Positions 50,433 to 60,393 are shown, numbered from the stretch's first letter. The stretch is 64,000 bases of DNA from Bacillota bacterium (GCA_015059495.1 SVAI01000001.1:735811-799810), one strand, 5' to 3'. Translations and numbers: made by a program. The notes: generated by a model not told the origin, from the sequence alone.

Positions 50433-52397
50433 TTATGTTGTTTTTAAAGTAAATAACCCAGGTTTTCCATTATCTGGATCATCTACTCTAGCTAGCTTAG
50501 TATTTATATAACCAACACTTGATTTAGTTGTACCAGCACCACCAATTAAATTATCACATCCAGCAAATACACTGTTAAAATAATCAGCGCTTATTCTTTC
50601 AGTATCCCATTCACTAGAAACATATATAGTTTCTACAGATGTCATATCTTTAAACATATTATTAATATTACTAAGAGAAGAAGTATTAAAACTACTTAAA
50701 TCTAAAACTTTTAATGTTGAAGCACCCTCAAACATACTTGCCATACCTGTAACTTTAGATGTATTAAAACTTGTTATATTTAAAGATGTTAGTTTTACCA
50801 TATTACGAAACATCCATGACATATCTGTTACATTTGAGGTATCAAAATTAGATAAATCCAATTCTTCTAACTTAGTATCTCCGCTAAACATTACTGACAT
50901 ATAGTTTACATTTGATGTATTAAAAGAACTTAGATTTATACTTTTTAATTCATGCATATCACTAAACATACTCGTCATATTCTCAACTTTGGAAGTATCA
51001 AAATTACTCAAATCTAAGGATTGTAATGCCCATAAATTAGAAAACATATAAGACATATTTGTTACATTTGATGTATTAAAATTACTTATATCTAAATATG
51101 TTAACGAGCCTAAATCATCAAACATATTACTCATATTTTCAACCTTAGAAGTATCAAAATTACTTAAATCTAAGGATTGTAATGTCCATAAATGAGAAAA
51201 CATATTTGACATATCAATAACATTAGATGTATCAAAACTACTTAAATCTAAATAAACCAATTCAGTATTATTATCTCCCTTATCAAACATCCATGACATA
51301 TCAGTAACTTTTGAGGTATCAAAGTTAGATAAATCTAATCTTTCAATACTACATAGATACGAAAACATATGAGACATGTTTTCTACATTGGAAGTATCAA
51401 AGGAACTAATATTAAGATTAATAAGACCCTGATCTTCATTAAACATACTACTCATATCAGTTACATTAGACGTATCAAAATTAGATAAGTCCAATGTCTC
51501 TAAATGAATCATACCATAAAACATACTAGACATATCAGTAACTATAGATGAATCAAATCTAGACACATCAATTTCACTAAGATTGTAAAGAGATGAAAAC
51601 ATATGTGACGAATCTTCGTTTAAAAATATTTTAGGACTATCACTATAAATATAAATAATACCATTTTCAAACCACATCAAAACGTCACTTTTTGAATCAG
51701 CAGTAGAAACTACAACATAAGTATCATTAGAAGGAGCTTCTTGAGAAAATAATACTTTTTCAACATTACCATTATTTCCAGATAATTCATATATTTTATC
51801 ATTAATATACTGACCATCCATAAGTTTAGCACCAACTTCTACTCGCTTTAATCTAGAAATTACAACTACTTTTGAATAAAACTCCTTATCAGCACTTTGC
51901 TCAACTGTAGAATTTTCATCAATGTATAATCTTAAATCAAAGCTTTTTGAAGTATTACCTTTTAAAGAACCTGACTTGATATTTTTTGATGATATTGCAT
52001 TATTATTTATTATAGAACTATTATCATTATTTTCTATATCCCCTAAATTAAACGGAGCAAACTGATTAATTTTTACTTTAACAGCACTTAAATCAATAGT
52101 ACTACCATCTAAAGTTTCAAGATTAACATCATAGTCTATATCATAATTACACACATTACTAATAGTAAAAGTATATGGATCTAATTCTCTTGCATCTTTA
52201 TCACTTAAAGGTATAGTGTTTGTTAAGTTAATCGCATTACCATCACTAAAAGTTATTTCAAAGCAGTCAGTTCTAACAACATTACTACCACTCTGTGACA
52301 CGTTAAAAATATAATATGCATAAGATATACCTATTAATATACTAGTAACTAAAAAGATACCTATTACACATAATAGTATTTTACTCTTCTTACTCAT
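50433..52397 (-). CDS. DUF285 (PF03382)-repeat surface protein, paralogue B
   Basis: N-terminal signal/TM (homologous to the N-terminus of paralogue A), about 13 LDLSNFDTSNVTDMSxMF repeats, and a C-terminus GGAGTTKSSVGYINTKLARVDDPDNGKPGLFTLKTT. Confidence 0.75.
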   Translation of the reverse strand: MSKKSKILLCVIGIFLVTSILIGISYAYYIFNVSQSGSNVVRTDCFEITFSDGNAINLTNTIPLSDKDARELDPYTFTISNVCNYDIDYDVNLETLDGSTIDLSAVKVKINQFAPFNLGDIENNDNSSIINNNAISSKNIKSGSLKGNTSKSFDLRLYIDENSTVEQSADKEFYSKVVVISRLKRVEVGAKLMDGQYINDKIYELSGNNGNVEKVLFSQEAPSNDTYVVVSTADSKSDVLMWFENGIIYIYSDSPKIFLNEDSSHMFSSLYNLSEIDVSRFDSSIVTDMSSMFYGMIHLETLDLSNFDTSNVTDMSSMFNEDQGLINLNISSFDTSNVENMSHMFSYLCSIERLDLSNFDTSKVTDMSWMFDKGDNNTELVYLDLSSFDTSNVIDMSNMFSHLWTLQSLDLSNFDTSKVENMSNMFDDLGSLTYLDISNFNTSNVTNMSYMFSNLWALQSLDLSNFDTSKVENMTSMFSDMHELKSINLSSFNTSNVNYMSVMFSGDTKLEELDLSNFDTSNVTDMSWMFRNMVKLTSLNITSFNTSKVTGMASMFEGASTLKVLDLSSFNTSSLSNINNMFKDMTSVETIYVSSEWDTERISADYFNSVFAGCDNLIGGAGTTKSSVGYINTKLARVDDPDNGKPGLFTLKTT

Positions 52398-52451
52398 AAG
52401 TCTTACCTCTACTATAAATATAATAACATAATAAAAAGAATAAAACTAGTT

Positions 52452-53795
52452 TTATTCTTTAGATAATTCTACTATCTTTCTCCATAGTAATGGACCAACT
52501 ATTCCATTTATATCAAACCCATTATCATTTTGTATTTTATATATACTTTTTAATGTTAAATCATCAAATGTACCATTAACTCTAACACCCGGTATATTCT
52601 TTTTACTCTTACATATTTTAAGTAAAAACTTTTGTAATCTTCTTACATCTTCTCCGCTCATACCATATGTTAAAAAATAATCAGGATATAATTCATTAAC
52701 ATACTCTTGATATTCTTTTGGATAAGATCTCAATATATTTTTATAAGCATTTCTTAATACTTCCCAATCACTATAAGTAAATACACCAGTAACTGGTAAC
52801 TTATATTTATTTTGAAATGCTTTAACCATATTTTGAGTATTATAAGTAAATATAGAATTAGTAGGTAATCTAGGTATATCTCTATCTAAAAAAGCTAAAG
52901 CATCTAAATAATAATGCATATATTCTACTTCTATTCCAGTATCACCATATTTTAATTCATCTTCATATAAAAAAGTAACATCATCATCAGATAATCCTTC
53001 ACTATATAAATCCCCTAGTTTTTTAACACTATTATAAACATACTTTATTTTATACCATGTTGCTTTATCAACATTACCAGTTATAGGTAAAGAAAATATT
53101 TCTTGAAACTTTTTAACAGATTCACTAACTTTATTATCATATGTACCAATATTATTACTAATACTAGGTATAGCAGGATAATTCTTACTAATTCTATTTA
53201 AATCTCTAATAATAGCAAGTACTGGATTACCAACATCCCCTATAGTAATAACTTTACCTGGATATCCTTCTTTTAAATCACCTACTGGAGCATCATATAC
53301 TATTTTTATATCATTACCATAATAATACTTTAATATATCTATTGCCTTATAACCCCTATTAGCAAGTTCAACACTTCCCCACTGACTTAAACCATCACAT
53401 GTCTTATTTCTACCATCACAATAAGTAGTAAATAAAGGTTGAACTTGATTACCTTTAACTACATAATTATTAAATATATCATTAACTATATCATCTATAT
53501 TTTCATATGTAGATCTATTTTCATTAAATGCTTGATCATATATTGGAGATGATGTTATATCAAAATTATAACCCCTAGATCTATACCATTCATTATATAT
53601 TCTATTTAAAGTAAAAGATATAATAGCATATATATTAGCTATTAATGCTTCTTTTGGCCATGTAGGATATATTTCTGAAGACGCTACATTAGATATATAA
53701 TCAGTAAATGATATTGTTATATCTTTTGCAGCACTACTAGGTATACCTAAATGAACAGTTATATTATTAGGTACTTTAGGATATCTAATAGCCAT
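52452..53795 (-). CDS. SpoIID/LytB-domain protein with three PG_binding_1 repeats
   Basis: CDGLSQWGSVELANRGYKAIDILKYYYG matches the SpoIID/LytB signature. Three C-terminal ~60-aa peptidoglycan-binding repeats (VKKFQEIF..LPITG, VKAFQNKYKLPVTG, VRRLQKFLL...GTFD). Confidence 0.55.
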   Translation of the reverse strand: MAIRYPKVPNNITVHLGIPSSAAKDITISFTDYISNVASSEIYPTWPKEALIANIYAIISFTLNRIYNEWYRSRGYNFDITSSPIYDQAFNENRSTYENIDDIVNDIFNNYVVKGNQVQPLFTTYCDGRNKTCDGLSQWGSVELANRGYKAIDILKYYYGNDIKIVYDAPVGDLKEGYPGKVITIGDVGNPVLAIIRDLNRISKNYPAIPSISNNIGTYDNKVSESVKKFQEIFSLPITGNVDKATWYKIKYVYNSVKKLGDLYSEGLSDDDVTFLYEDELKYGDTGIEVEYMHYYLDALAFLDRDIPRLPTNSIFTYNTQNMVKAFQNKYKLPVTGVFTYSDWEVLRNAYKNILRSYPKEYQEYVNELYPDYFLTYGMSGEDVRRLQKFLLKICKSKKNIPGVRVNGTFDDLTLKSIYKIQNDNGFDINGIVGPLLWRKIVELSKE

Positions 53796-54145
53796 TATAT
53801 TACCTCCTGAGAAGGTACTATATTAATATTTTGTAATACTTTAATATTAGAATACATCTTTACTTTAAAATATAAACTTTGATTATTATAATATGCTTCA
53901 ATATCATATTCAGTTGCAATAGGTTCAATCATATTATTATCACTATCTAATTTAGTATTTAACTTAATATTAGATATACTACCTACTTCATCAGTTATCC
54001 CTTCATAAAATATAATCTTTTCATTATCTATAGTTTTACTAATAATTATTTTTACACCACTAACAGGTAAAGCACTATTAGCAAAACTAGTTCTAATATT
54101 TAAATAACCAATACCTTTATTATCTTCTATAAACTTTTCTTTCAT
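53795..54145 (-). CDS. hypothetical protein
   Basis: 116 aa. Translationally coupled between the LysM and SpoIID-like genes. Confidence 0.35.
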   Translation of the reverse strand: MKEKFIEDNKGIGYLNIRTSFANSALPVSGVKIIISKTIDNEKIIFYEGITDEVGSISNIKLNTKLDSDNNMIEPIATEYDIEAYYNNQSLYFKVKMYSNIKVLQNINIVPSQEVI

Positions 54146-54840
54146 TAATTACCCTCCTTTATTTTTAATACTTGTCCTATAGCTAAATTAGCACTTTTTA
54201 AATTATTTAACCCTAATAATTCACTAACACTAGTTTTATATTTATTAGCAATCTTATATAAACTATCTCCCTTTTTAACTGTATAAGTTACGTAATTCTT
54301 TTTAGGTAATTCAAAATCTTCACCTATACATTCTTCTACTTCAATAGTTTCTCCACTTTTTAATCTAATCCTAATTATTTGACCTACACTTAATATATCT
54401 GAAGTTAAAGCATTATCTTTTTTTAATGTATTAATATCTATATTATTATCTTTAGCTATCTTATATAAAGTATCTCCTTTTTTAACTGTATAATTAAAAT
54501 AATTAGGTAAAGACATATTATCCATATCAAAATAAAACTCAGGTATACGAAGTACTTGTCCTACACTTAAATTAGTATTAGTTAAATAATTTAACTTCAT
54601 TATTTCACTAACACTAGTATTATACTTTTGTGCAATCTTATATAAACTATCACCTTTTTTAACTGTATACATAAACATATTATCTGGATTATTATCTTGT
54701 TTAACAGGTATATTTAATACCTGACCTATATTTAAATTAGACCCCTTAATATTATTTAATTTAGCTAGTTCACTAACTGATACTCCATATTGATTAGATA
54801 TTCCATATAAAGTATCACCTTTCTTAACAATATATGTCAT
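54145..54840 (-). CDS. LysM-repeat peptidoglycan-binding protein (4 LysM)
   Basis: Four copies of YxVKKGDTLYxIAxKY...LxxLNxL...L.VGQVLxIP. Confidence 0.75.
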   Translation of the reverse strand: MTYIVKKGDTLYGISNQYGVSVSELAKLNNIKGSNLNIGQVLNIPVKQDNNPDNMFMYTVKKGDSLYKIAQKYNTSVSEIMKLNYLTNTNLSVGQVLRIPEFYFDMDNMSLPNYFNYTVKKGDTLYKIAKDNNIDINTLKKDNALTSDILSVGQIIRIRLKSGETIEVEECIGEDFELPKKNYVTYTVKKGDSLYKIANKYKTSVSELLGLNNLKSANLAIGQVLKIKEGN

Positions 54841-54882
54841 ATATCACCTCTTATAAATTATATGAAATAAAAAAGAATACTA

Positions 54883-55638
54883 TTATAAAATAGTACTCTT
54901 TCTAGCTAATAATCTATCATTATCAAAAGCTTGTAAACCATATACAAAAGTTCTATCTAAATATATACTCTTAGCAATCTTTTCTATTTCTTCATCACTA
55001 AACTTATATGATGATGCATTAGCAACACTATATAATGAGAATTCTCCATTAAGTAAATATATTAATTTAAAATTAATATTATATATACCAAAAGATACTT
55101 CAACATAATTTAACTTAGTAATATCATTACTATCAAATCTAACAGATATAACTACATCATTATTTAAATTTAAATTACTAAACTTATCAACAATAACATT
55201 ATATCTATTTAATAAATCTTGATACTTCTTTCCTACATTTAAATATTCAATAACTATAGATGGATCAATATTCATATTAATTCTATTTTCAATATCACTA
55301 ATACTTTCTTTAATTAATTTAATATTATTATTTAAAATTATAAAATATAATAATGATTCTTCATTAATATATCTTAATGATTTAAAATATGGTGTTTCAT
55401 AATAAGTAGATAATCTATAATTATCTAATACACTTAAAGGAGTTAATTCTTTATAATCTCTAATAAATGATTGATATAAACTATTAAATTCTTTAATATA
55501 ATCTAATAAATTAATACAATTATTATAACTAATATCTACTAAAGAAGAATCAAATCCTGAATATAATATATCATCTATTTTTTCTATACTTCTAGTAGAT
55601 ACTAAATTAATACTTCTTTCATATTCTTTTGCATTCAT
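54883..55638 (-). CDS. hypothetical protein
   Basis: The ORF track extends this to 55854 across two tRNA genes. I start at ATG 55638 (MNAKEYERS...), which has a GGGGTGAT RBS. Confidence 0.4.
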   Translation of the reverse strand: MNAKEYERSINLVSTRSIEKIDDILYSGFDSSLVDISYNNCINLLDYIKEFNSLYQSFIRDYKELTPLSVLDNYRLSTYYETPYFKSLRYINEESLLYFIILNNNIKLIKESISDIENRINMNIDPSIVIEYLNVGKKYQDLLNRYNVIVDKFSNLNLNNDVVISVRFDSNDITKLNYVEVSFGIYNINFKLIYLLNGEFSLYSVANASSYKFSDEEIEKIAKSIYLDRTFVYGLQAFDNDRLLARKSTIL

Positions 55639-55731
55639 AACCATCACCCCAAAAAACAAATATATATTAACATAATAATTATTAATAGACAATAAAAAAA
55701 AGTATCTATAAGATACTTCAATAAACAAAAA

Positions 55732-55806
55732 TGGTGCCGGAGGAAGGAATTGCACCCCAACCTGCTGCATACAATGCAGCTGCTCTAGAAATTGAGCTAC
55801 TCCGGC
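55732..55806 (-). tRNA. tRNA-Thr(UGU)-like gene lacking G18G19 and with GUGC in place of TΨC
   Basis: GCCGGAG-TA-GCTC-AATTTCTA-GAGC-A-GCTGC-ATTGTAT-GCAGC-AGGTT-GGGGTGCAATTCCTTCC-TCCGGC-ACCA. Acceptor, D and anticodon stems are perfect. Anticodon UGU. The D-loop has no GG. The T-arm reads GGGG-UGCAAUU-CCUUCC. Confidence 0.5.
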
Positions 55807-55819
55807 ATAAATAAAAAAA

Positions 55820-55895
55820 TGGTGGACCCTTAGGGATTCGAACCCTAGACCCACTGATTAAGAGTCAGTTGCTCTACCAACTGAGCTAAGGGTCC
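55820..55895 (-). tRNA. tRNA-Lys(CUU)
   Basis: GGACCCT-TA-GCTC-AGTTGGTA-GAGC-A-ACTGA-CTCTTAA-TCAGT-GGGTC-TAGGG-TTCGAAT-CCCTA-AGGGTCC-ACCA. Canonical cloverleaf, encoded CCA. A TGgTATAAT extended -10 lies upstream (55908..55916, minus strand). Confidence 0.85.
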
Positions 55896-55943
55896 AACAC
55901 AATATAAATTATACCACAAATTTTAAAAAAGTATAGTAAAAAT

Positions 55944-55975
55944 TAAAAAAAGTAAGAAATTTCTTACTTTTGTTT
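55944..55975. terminator. bidirectional intrinsic terminator after the ABC-2 permease gene
   Basis: Palindrome AGTAAGAAATTTCTTACT with an A-run and a T-run. Confidence 0.5.
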
Positions 55976-57205
55976 ATATAAAGCTATTATATCTTTAATA
56001 CTTAATTTAGTACCATAATTTAATATTGCATTAGAATAAATTCTAATTGCTATCTTAGCAACAACAAATATTGTTACTGCTAAAATACCTAAAGATATTA
56101 ATACATCAGTTGAACTTGCAAGTCCCATCATTAATCTAAGTGGCATACAAAATGGTGATGAGAATGGGAACATAGCAGCAAATGCATTTAATTCACTAGC
56201 AGGATCCATCATAGTAAAGTATGCTAGATAAAAACATGCAACACCAATTAATGATACAGGTCCGTTAGCCGATTGTACGTCTTCAGGTTTAGATACAGTT
56301 GATCCAGTTAAAGCATAAAGAACAGCATAAGCTAAATAACCTAAAATGAAATATACAAATGTTATTAAACCTAATGTCCAAGTAATTGTAGATAAATCTA
56401 ATAACGAATTAATTAGTTCTGGATCCATAAATGTTCTAGCACTAAATATAGCAGTACCAACAAGTAATATTAATTGGAATAATCCAACAACACCAATACC
56501 TAGTGTTTTTCCTATAACTATATTCTTAGGACTAGTTGATGTAACTAATGTTTCAATTATCTTTGATGTCTTTTCTGTAGTTATTGCAGATGATACTTGG
56601 AATGCATTAAAGTATACTGCATAGAATAACACAATTGATAACATCATAATTGCTAAAACATTACCTTTAGCTTCTTCTTCAGTTTGTTTAATTTCAACTT
56701 GATAATTAGGATTAATCTTAGCTAAATCTTCATCACTTAAATTTAACTTAGATATTTCCATAGCTCTATAAGTCATAGTTAATCTTAAATAAATATCTTC
56801 AGGAATAGATTTAACATACATAGCATTCTTAACAACATAAGTAAACTTTAATCCATTATAAGTTACTCCATCATTTTCTACTAAGATAGCACTTTCTATT
56901 TCTTCATCTTCAATCTTTTTCTTTAATTCATCAATATTATCTTTAGTAACACTAACATCATAATTAACACAATTTTGATTAGGTTCACACTTATTAAACA
57001 TATTAGCTAATTCATCACCATAAATATTATTAGGATCAGAAATAACTAACTTTTCAGGTGTTCCATCATCAAATGCCTTAATAATATTTGGAATATTAAA
57101 TCCTACTACAATCATAGCAAGTAATACTATTGTAGATATAATAAATGATTTTCTTTTTAACATATCTTTAATAGTAAACTTCATTACTGTTAACATATCT
57201 CTCAT
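55964..57205 (-). CDS. ABC-2-type transporter permease (NatB-like)
   Basis: 413 aa. N-terminal TM, a large extracytoplasmic loop, five C-terminal TM helices. It overlaps the upstream ATPase gene. Confidence 0.7.
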   Translation of the reverse strand: MRDMLTVMKFTIKDMLKRKSFIISTIVLLAMIVVGFNIPNIIKAFDDGTPEKLVISDPNNIYGDELANMFNKCEPNQNCVNYDVSVTKDNIDELKKKIEDEEIESAILVENDGVTYNGLKFTYVVKNAMYVKSIPEDIYLRLTMTYRAMEISKLNLSDEDLAKINPNYQVEIKQTEEEAKGNVLAIMMLSIVLFYAVYFNAFQVSSAITTEKTSKIIETLVTSTSPKNIVIGKTLGIGVVGLFQLILLVGTAIFSARTFMDPELINSLLDLSTITWTLGLITFVYFILGYLAYAVLYALTGSTVSKPEDVQSANGPVSLIGVACFYLAYFTMMDPASELNAFAAMFPFSSPFCMPLRLMMGLASSTDVLISLGILAVTIFVVAKIAIRIYSNAILNYGTKLSIKDIIALYKQK

Positions 57206-58098
57206 TTATTATCACCTACCTTTTCAATAAATATATCATTTAATGTAGGTCTCATAATTTCAAATCTTGTTACTTCAACCTTAGCTTTAATAACTTCTTT
57301 TAATAACTTATGACCTTCATCTTCACTATCTATTAATATTGTATAATTATTATCATGCTCATTTTCTACTTTTAATTTTAATTCTTTAATAATAGATTTA
57401 ATAGATTCACTAGTCTCTATTTCAACTCTATTAGCATCATAAGAATTTCTAATATCTTTTAAGTTACCTTTTAATACAGTTTTACCTTTATTTAAAATAA
57501 CTATATCACTACAAAACTCTTGAATAGTATGCATTTCATGAGCAGACATAATAATATATTTACCCTTTTTAACTAAATCAATAATAGCATTCTTTAGTAT
57601 TTCAGTATTAACTGGATCTAGACCAGAGAATGGTTCATCTAAAACTACTAACTCAGGATCATGAATAACTGCAGTTAAAAATTGAACTTTTTGTTGATTA
57701 CCTTTACTTAACTTTTCAGCAGTCATTTCTAGATATTCTTCTATTTTTAACTTTTTAGCCCAATATTCTATAGACTTAAGAGCATCATCTTTTTTCATAC
57801 CCTTAAGTTCCGCAAAATATAATAATTGATCCATTATCTTAACTTTAGGATATACTCCTCTTTCTTCTGGTAAATAACCAAAATTTACACTCTTTCTTGA
57901 AACTTCTTTACCATTCCAAGTAATAACACCACTATCTTTTTTAATAATACCTAAAAGCATTCTAATAGTAGTAGTCTTACCAGCACCATTAGTTCCAAGA
58001 AGACCAAATACAGATGGTTTATCTAAATTAATAGATATATCATCTACTACTTTTTTTCTACCAAATGTCTTTGAAACATTTTCTAACTTTAATCCCAT
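57202..58098 (-). CDS. ABC transporter ATP-binding protein (NatA-like)
   Basis: GTNGAGKTT, LSKGNQQK, VVLDEPFSGLD. Confidence 0.85.
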   Translation of the reverse strand: MGLKLENVSKTFGRKKVVDDISINLDKPSVFGLLGTNGAGKTTTIRMLLGIIKKDSGVITWNGKEVSRKSVNFGYLPEERGVYPKVKIMDQLLYFAELKGMKKDDALKSIEYWAKKLKIEEYLEMTAEKLSKGNQQKVQFLTAVIHDPELVVLDEPFSGLDPVNTEILKNAIIDLVKKGKYIIMSAHEMHTIQEFCSDIVILNKGKTVLKGNLKDIRNSYDANRVEIETSESIKSIIKELKLKVENEHDNNYTILIDSEDEGHKLLKEVIKAKVEVTRFEIMRPTLNDIFIEKVGDNK

Positions 58099-58152
58099 AA
58101 TAAACTCTCCTTAGTATGATTATATCAAAAAAATAAAAAAAGTGATATTAAA

Positions 58153-59118
58153 TCACTTTAGTTTATTCTCTTCTTTATAAACTTTGCAAGCTTCATCTAA
58201 GTCTTTTAATAACTTATCAACATCTTTTTCATCTTCTGTTCTAACACCACTTGCAAGTTTATGTCCACCACCATTATATTTAGCAGCTATCTCATTAATA
58301 ACAGGTCCTCTACTTCTAATATTTATTTTATATAATTTATTTTTTTCATTATATGTAATAAATGTCCATACATAAATACCATCAATATAATTAAAATCAT
58401 TAATCATATTACTTGCAGTAGAAGCATCAACACTATATTTTTCTATTTCTTTAGTTCCTATTTTACAATAAGCAAATCCATTTTCACTTACTATTAAATG
58501 TTGAGCTAAATATGCTTGGAATTGTACTTCACATAGTGGTCTTTCATATAATTTAGGATATAATTCTTTAACATTAATCTTACCCTTTTCAATTAATTCA
58601 CCAACTATTCTTAAAGTCTTAGATGTACCAAGTAAGAATCTATTACTATCACTAACAATACCTACAAATAAATTCTCAGCTACTTTCTTAGTTAACTTTA
58701 ATCTAGTATTTAAAATTAAATAAGCAATTATTTCTGCAGCAGAAGATGCTCTAGTATCAACTATTTCTAGTTTACCCATCTTATCTTCTATTGGATGGTG
58801 ATCTATTTTAATAACATCTTTATATAAAGATATATTAGCACCATCTATTCTAGATATATTAGGTAAATCTACTACTATTAACAATGGATTTACTAACTTA
58901 GATTCATCTATCTTATCTAAAATACCAATATATTTAAATTTATTTACACCAGAACCAACAGCATATACTTTCTTATCTGGAAAAGTTTCTCTAATTGAAT
59001 CCCTTAACGCAATTTGTGAACTAATAGCATCTGGATCTGGTCCTACATGGCGAACAATAACGATTTCGTCATATAGTTTAATTTTCTTGTATATTTTTTT
59101 ATAAATATTATTCACCAT
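58153..59118 (-). CDS. nrnA: bifunctional oligoribonuclease/pAp phosphatase NrnA (DHH-DHHA1)
   Basis: DHH motifs (VRHVGPDPDAISS, DHH) and a DHHA1 GGGH motif (GGGHKLASG). Confidence 0.8.
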   Translation of the reverse strand: MVNNIYKKIYKKIKLYDEIVIVRHVGPDPDAISSQIALRDSIRETFPDKKVYAVGSGVNKFKYIGILDKIDESKLVNPLLIVVDLPNISRIDGANISLYKDVIKIDHHPIEDKMGKLEIVDTRASSAAEIIAYLILNTRLKLTKKVAENLFVGIVSDSNRFLLGTSKTLRIVGELIEKGKINVKELYPKLYERPLCEVQFQAYLAQHLIVSENGFAYCKIGTKEIEKYSVDASTASNMINDFNYIDGIYVWTFITYNEKNKLYKINIRSRGPVINEIAAKYNGGGHKLASGVRTEDEKDVDKLLKDLDEACKVYKEENKLK

Positions 59119-59179
59119 ATTAATTCCCTTTCTTTATATTAATACCATATAAATTATACTACAAACTACCCTATTTTAA

Positions 59180-59214
59180 AAGAAAAATAAAAAGAAGTAG
59201 ACACTTCTACTTCA
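59180..59214 (-). terminator. intrinsic terminator after ackA
   Basis: Minus strand GAAGTAGAA-gtg-TCTACTTC followed by TTTTTATTTTT. Confidence 0.5.
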
Positions 59215-59217
59215 TAA

Positions 59218-60393
59218 TTACTTTACTAAATTATATGTATCTTTAGCAATCATTAATTCTTCATTAGTTGGAACAACCCATACAGGAATTTTAGAATCAT
59301 CTGTAGAGATTAATCTTTCTTCTCCTCTAAAGTCATTCTTTTCTAAATCAATTTTAACTCCAAGTGATGCAATCTTATTTAAGATATCTCTTCTAGTATT
59401 TTTAGAATTTTCTCCTAAACCTGCAGTTAATACAATAACATCTGCACCATTTAGTTCATTATTATATTGAGCAATGTAATTAGCAACTCTTTGTGCATAC
59501 ATATCTTGTGCTAGTTTGCACTTTTCATCACCATTGTTAATTCCTGTTTCTACATCTCTAGAATCACTATAACCACAAATACCTTCTAAACCACTATGTT
59601 TATTTAATGTAGTCATAACTTCTTCTAATGACATATTAGCTTCATCCATTACATATTCAATAATAGATGGATCCATATCTCCAGGTCTAGTTCCCATCAT
59701 AACACCAGTTATTGGACTAAATCCCATTGTTGTATCAACAACTTTATCATTATCGATAGCACAAAGTGATGCACCTGAACCAATATGACAAGAAATAACC
59801 TTTAAATTATCTCTACCAAGAATTTCTTTAATTCTTGAATTAATATATCTATGACTTGTACCATGGAAACCATATTTTCTTACTCCATATTTTGTATACC
59901 AATCATATGGTAGTGCATACATAAAGTTAGTAGCACTCATTGATTGATGGAATGCTGTATCAAATACTGCAACCATTGGAGTATCTTTAAATGCTTCTTT
60001 AGAAGCTTCAATACAAGATAACATAGCTGGCATATGTAACTTAGCTAACTTCTTATATTTTTCACATGTACTAATTACTTCATCATCAATTAATACACTT
60101 TCTTTATAAGATTCACCACCGTGAACTAATCTATGTCCAATACCATCAATTTCATCTAATGATGATACTACACCTAGTTCAACGATTTCTTTTTTAATGC
60201 ACTCAAGTGCAACTAAATGATTAGGTAGATCAAGTTCTCTATGTAACTTTTCTCCATTAATCTTTACATCATAGAAACTATTATCTAGTCCTATTCTTTG
60301 GAAATATCCATTAATTAATTCTTTTTCTTCAGGAAGCTCAAAGATGGAAAATTTCATTGAGGAACTACCTGCATTAATTGTCAAAATCTTCAT
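59218..60393 (-). CDS. ackA: acetate kinase
   Basis: MKILTINAGSSS..., FHGTSHRY. 391 aa. Confidence 0.9.
   Translation of the reverse strand: MKILTINAGSSSMKFSIFELPEEKELINGYFQRIGLDNSFYDVKINGEKLHRELDLPNHLVALECIKKEIVELGVVSSLDEIDGIGHRLVHGGESYKESVLIDDEVISTCEKYKKLAKLHMPAMLSCIEASKEAFKDTPMVAVFDTAFHQSMSATNFMYALPYDWYTKYGVRKYGFHGTSHRYINSRIKEILGRDNLKVISCHIGSGASLCAIDNDKVVDTTMGFSPITGVMMGTRPGDMDPSIIEYVMDEANMSLEEVMTTLNKHSGLEGICGYSDSRDVETGINNGDEKCKLAQDMYAQRVANYIAQYNNELNGADVIVLTAGLGENSKNTRRDILNKIASLGVKIDLEKNDFRGEERLISTDDSKIPVWVVPTNEELMIAKDTYNLVK

Noticed and set aside
38763-52397. CRISPR array or other non-coding tandem-repeat interpretation of the ~75-bp periodic repeats
   Set aside because: The repeats are in-frame, lie within long ORFs, and encode the conserved DUF285 peptide unit. 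There are no spacer-like unique segments or cas genes.
54883-55854. ORF-track CDS whose first ~72 codons (MGLGFESLRVHHFF…) run across tRNA-Thr-like and tRNA-Lys
   Set aside because: The N-terminal extension is antisense-free read-through of two tRNA genes with no RBS. The true start is the ATG at 55638 after GGGGTGAT.
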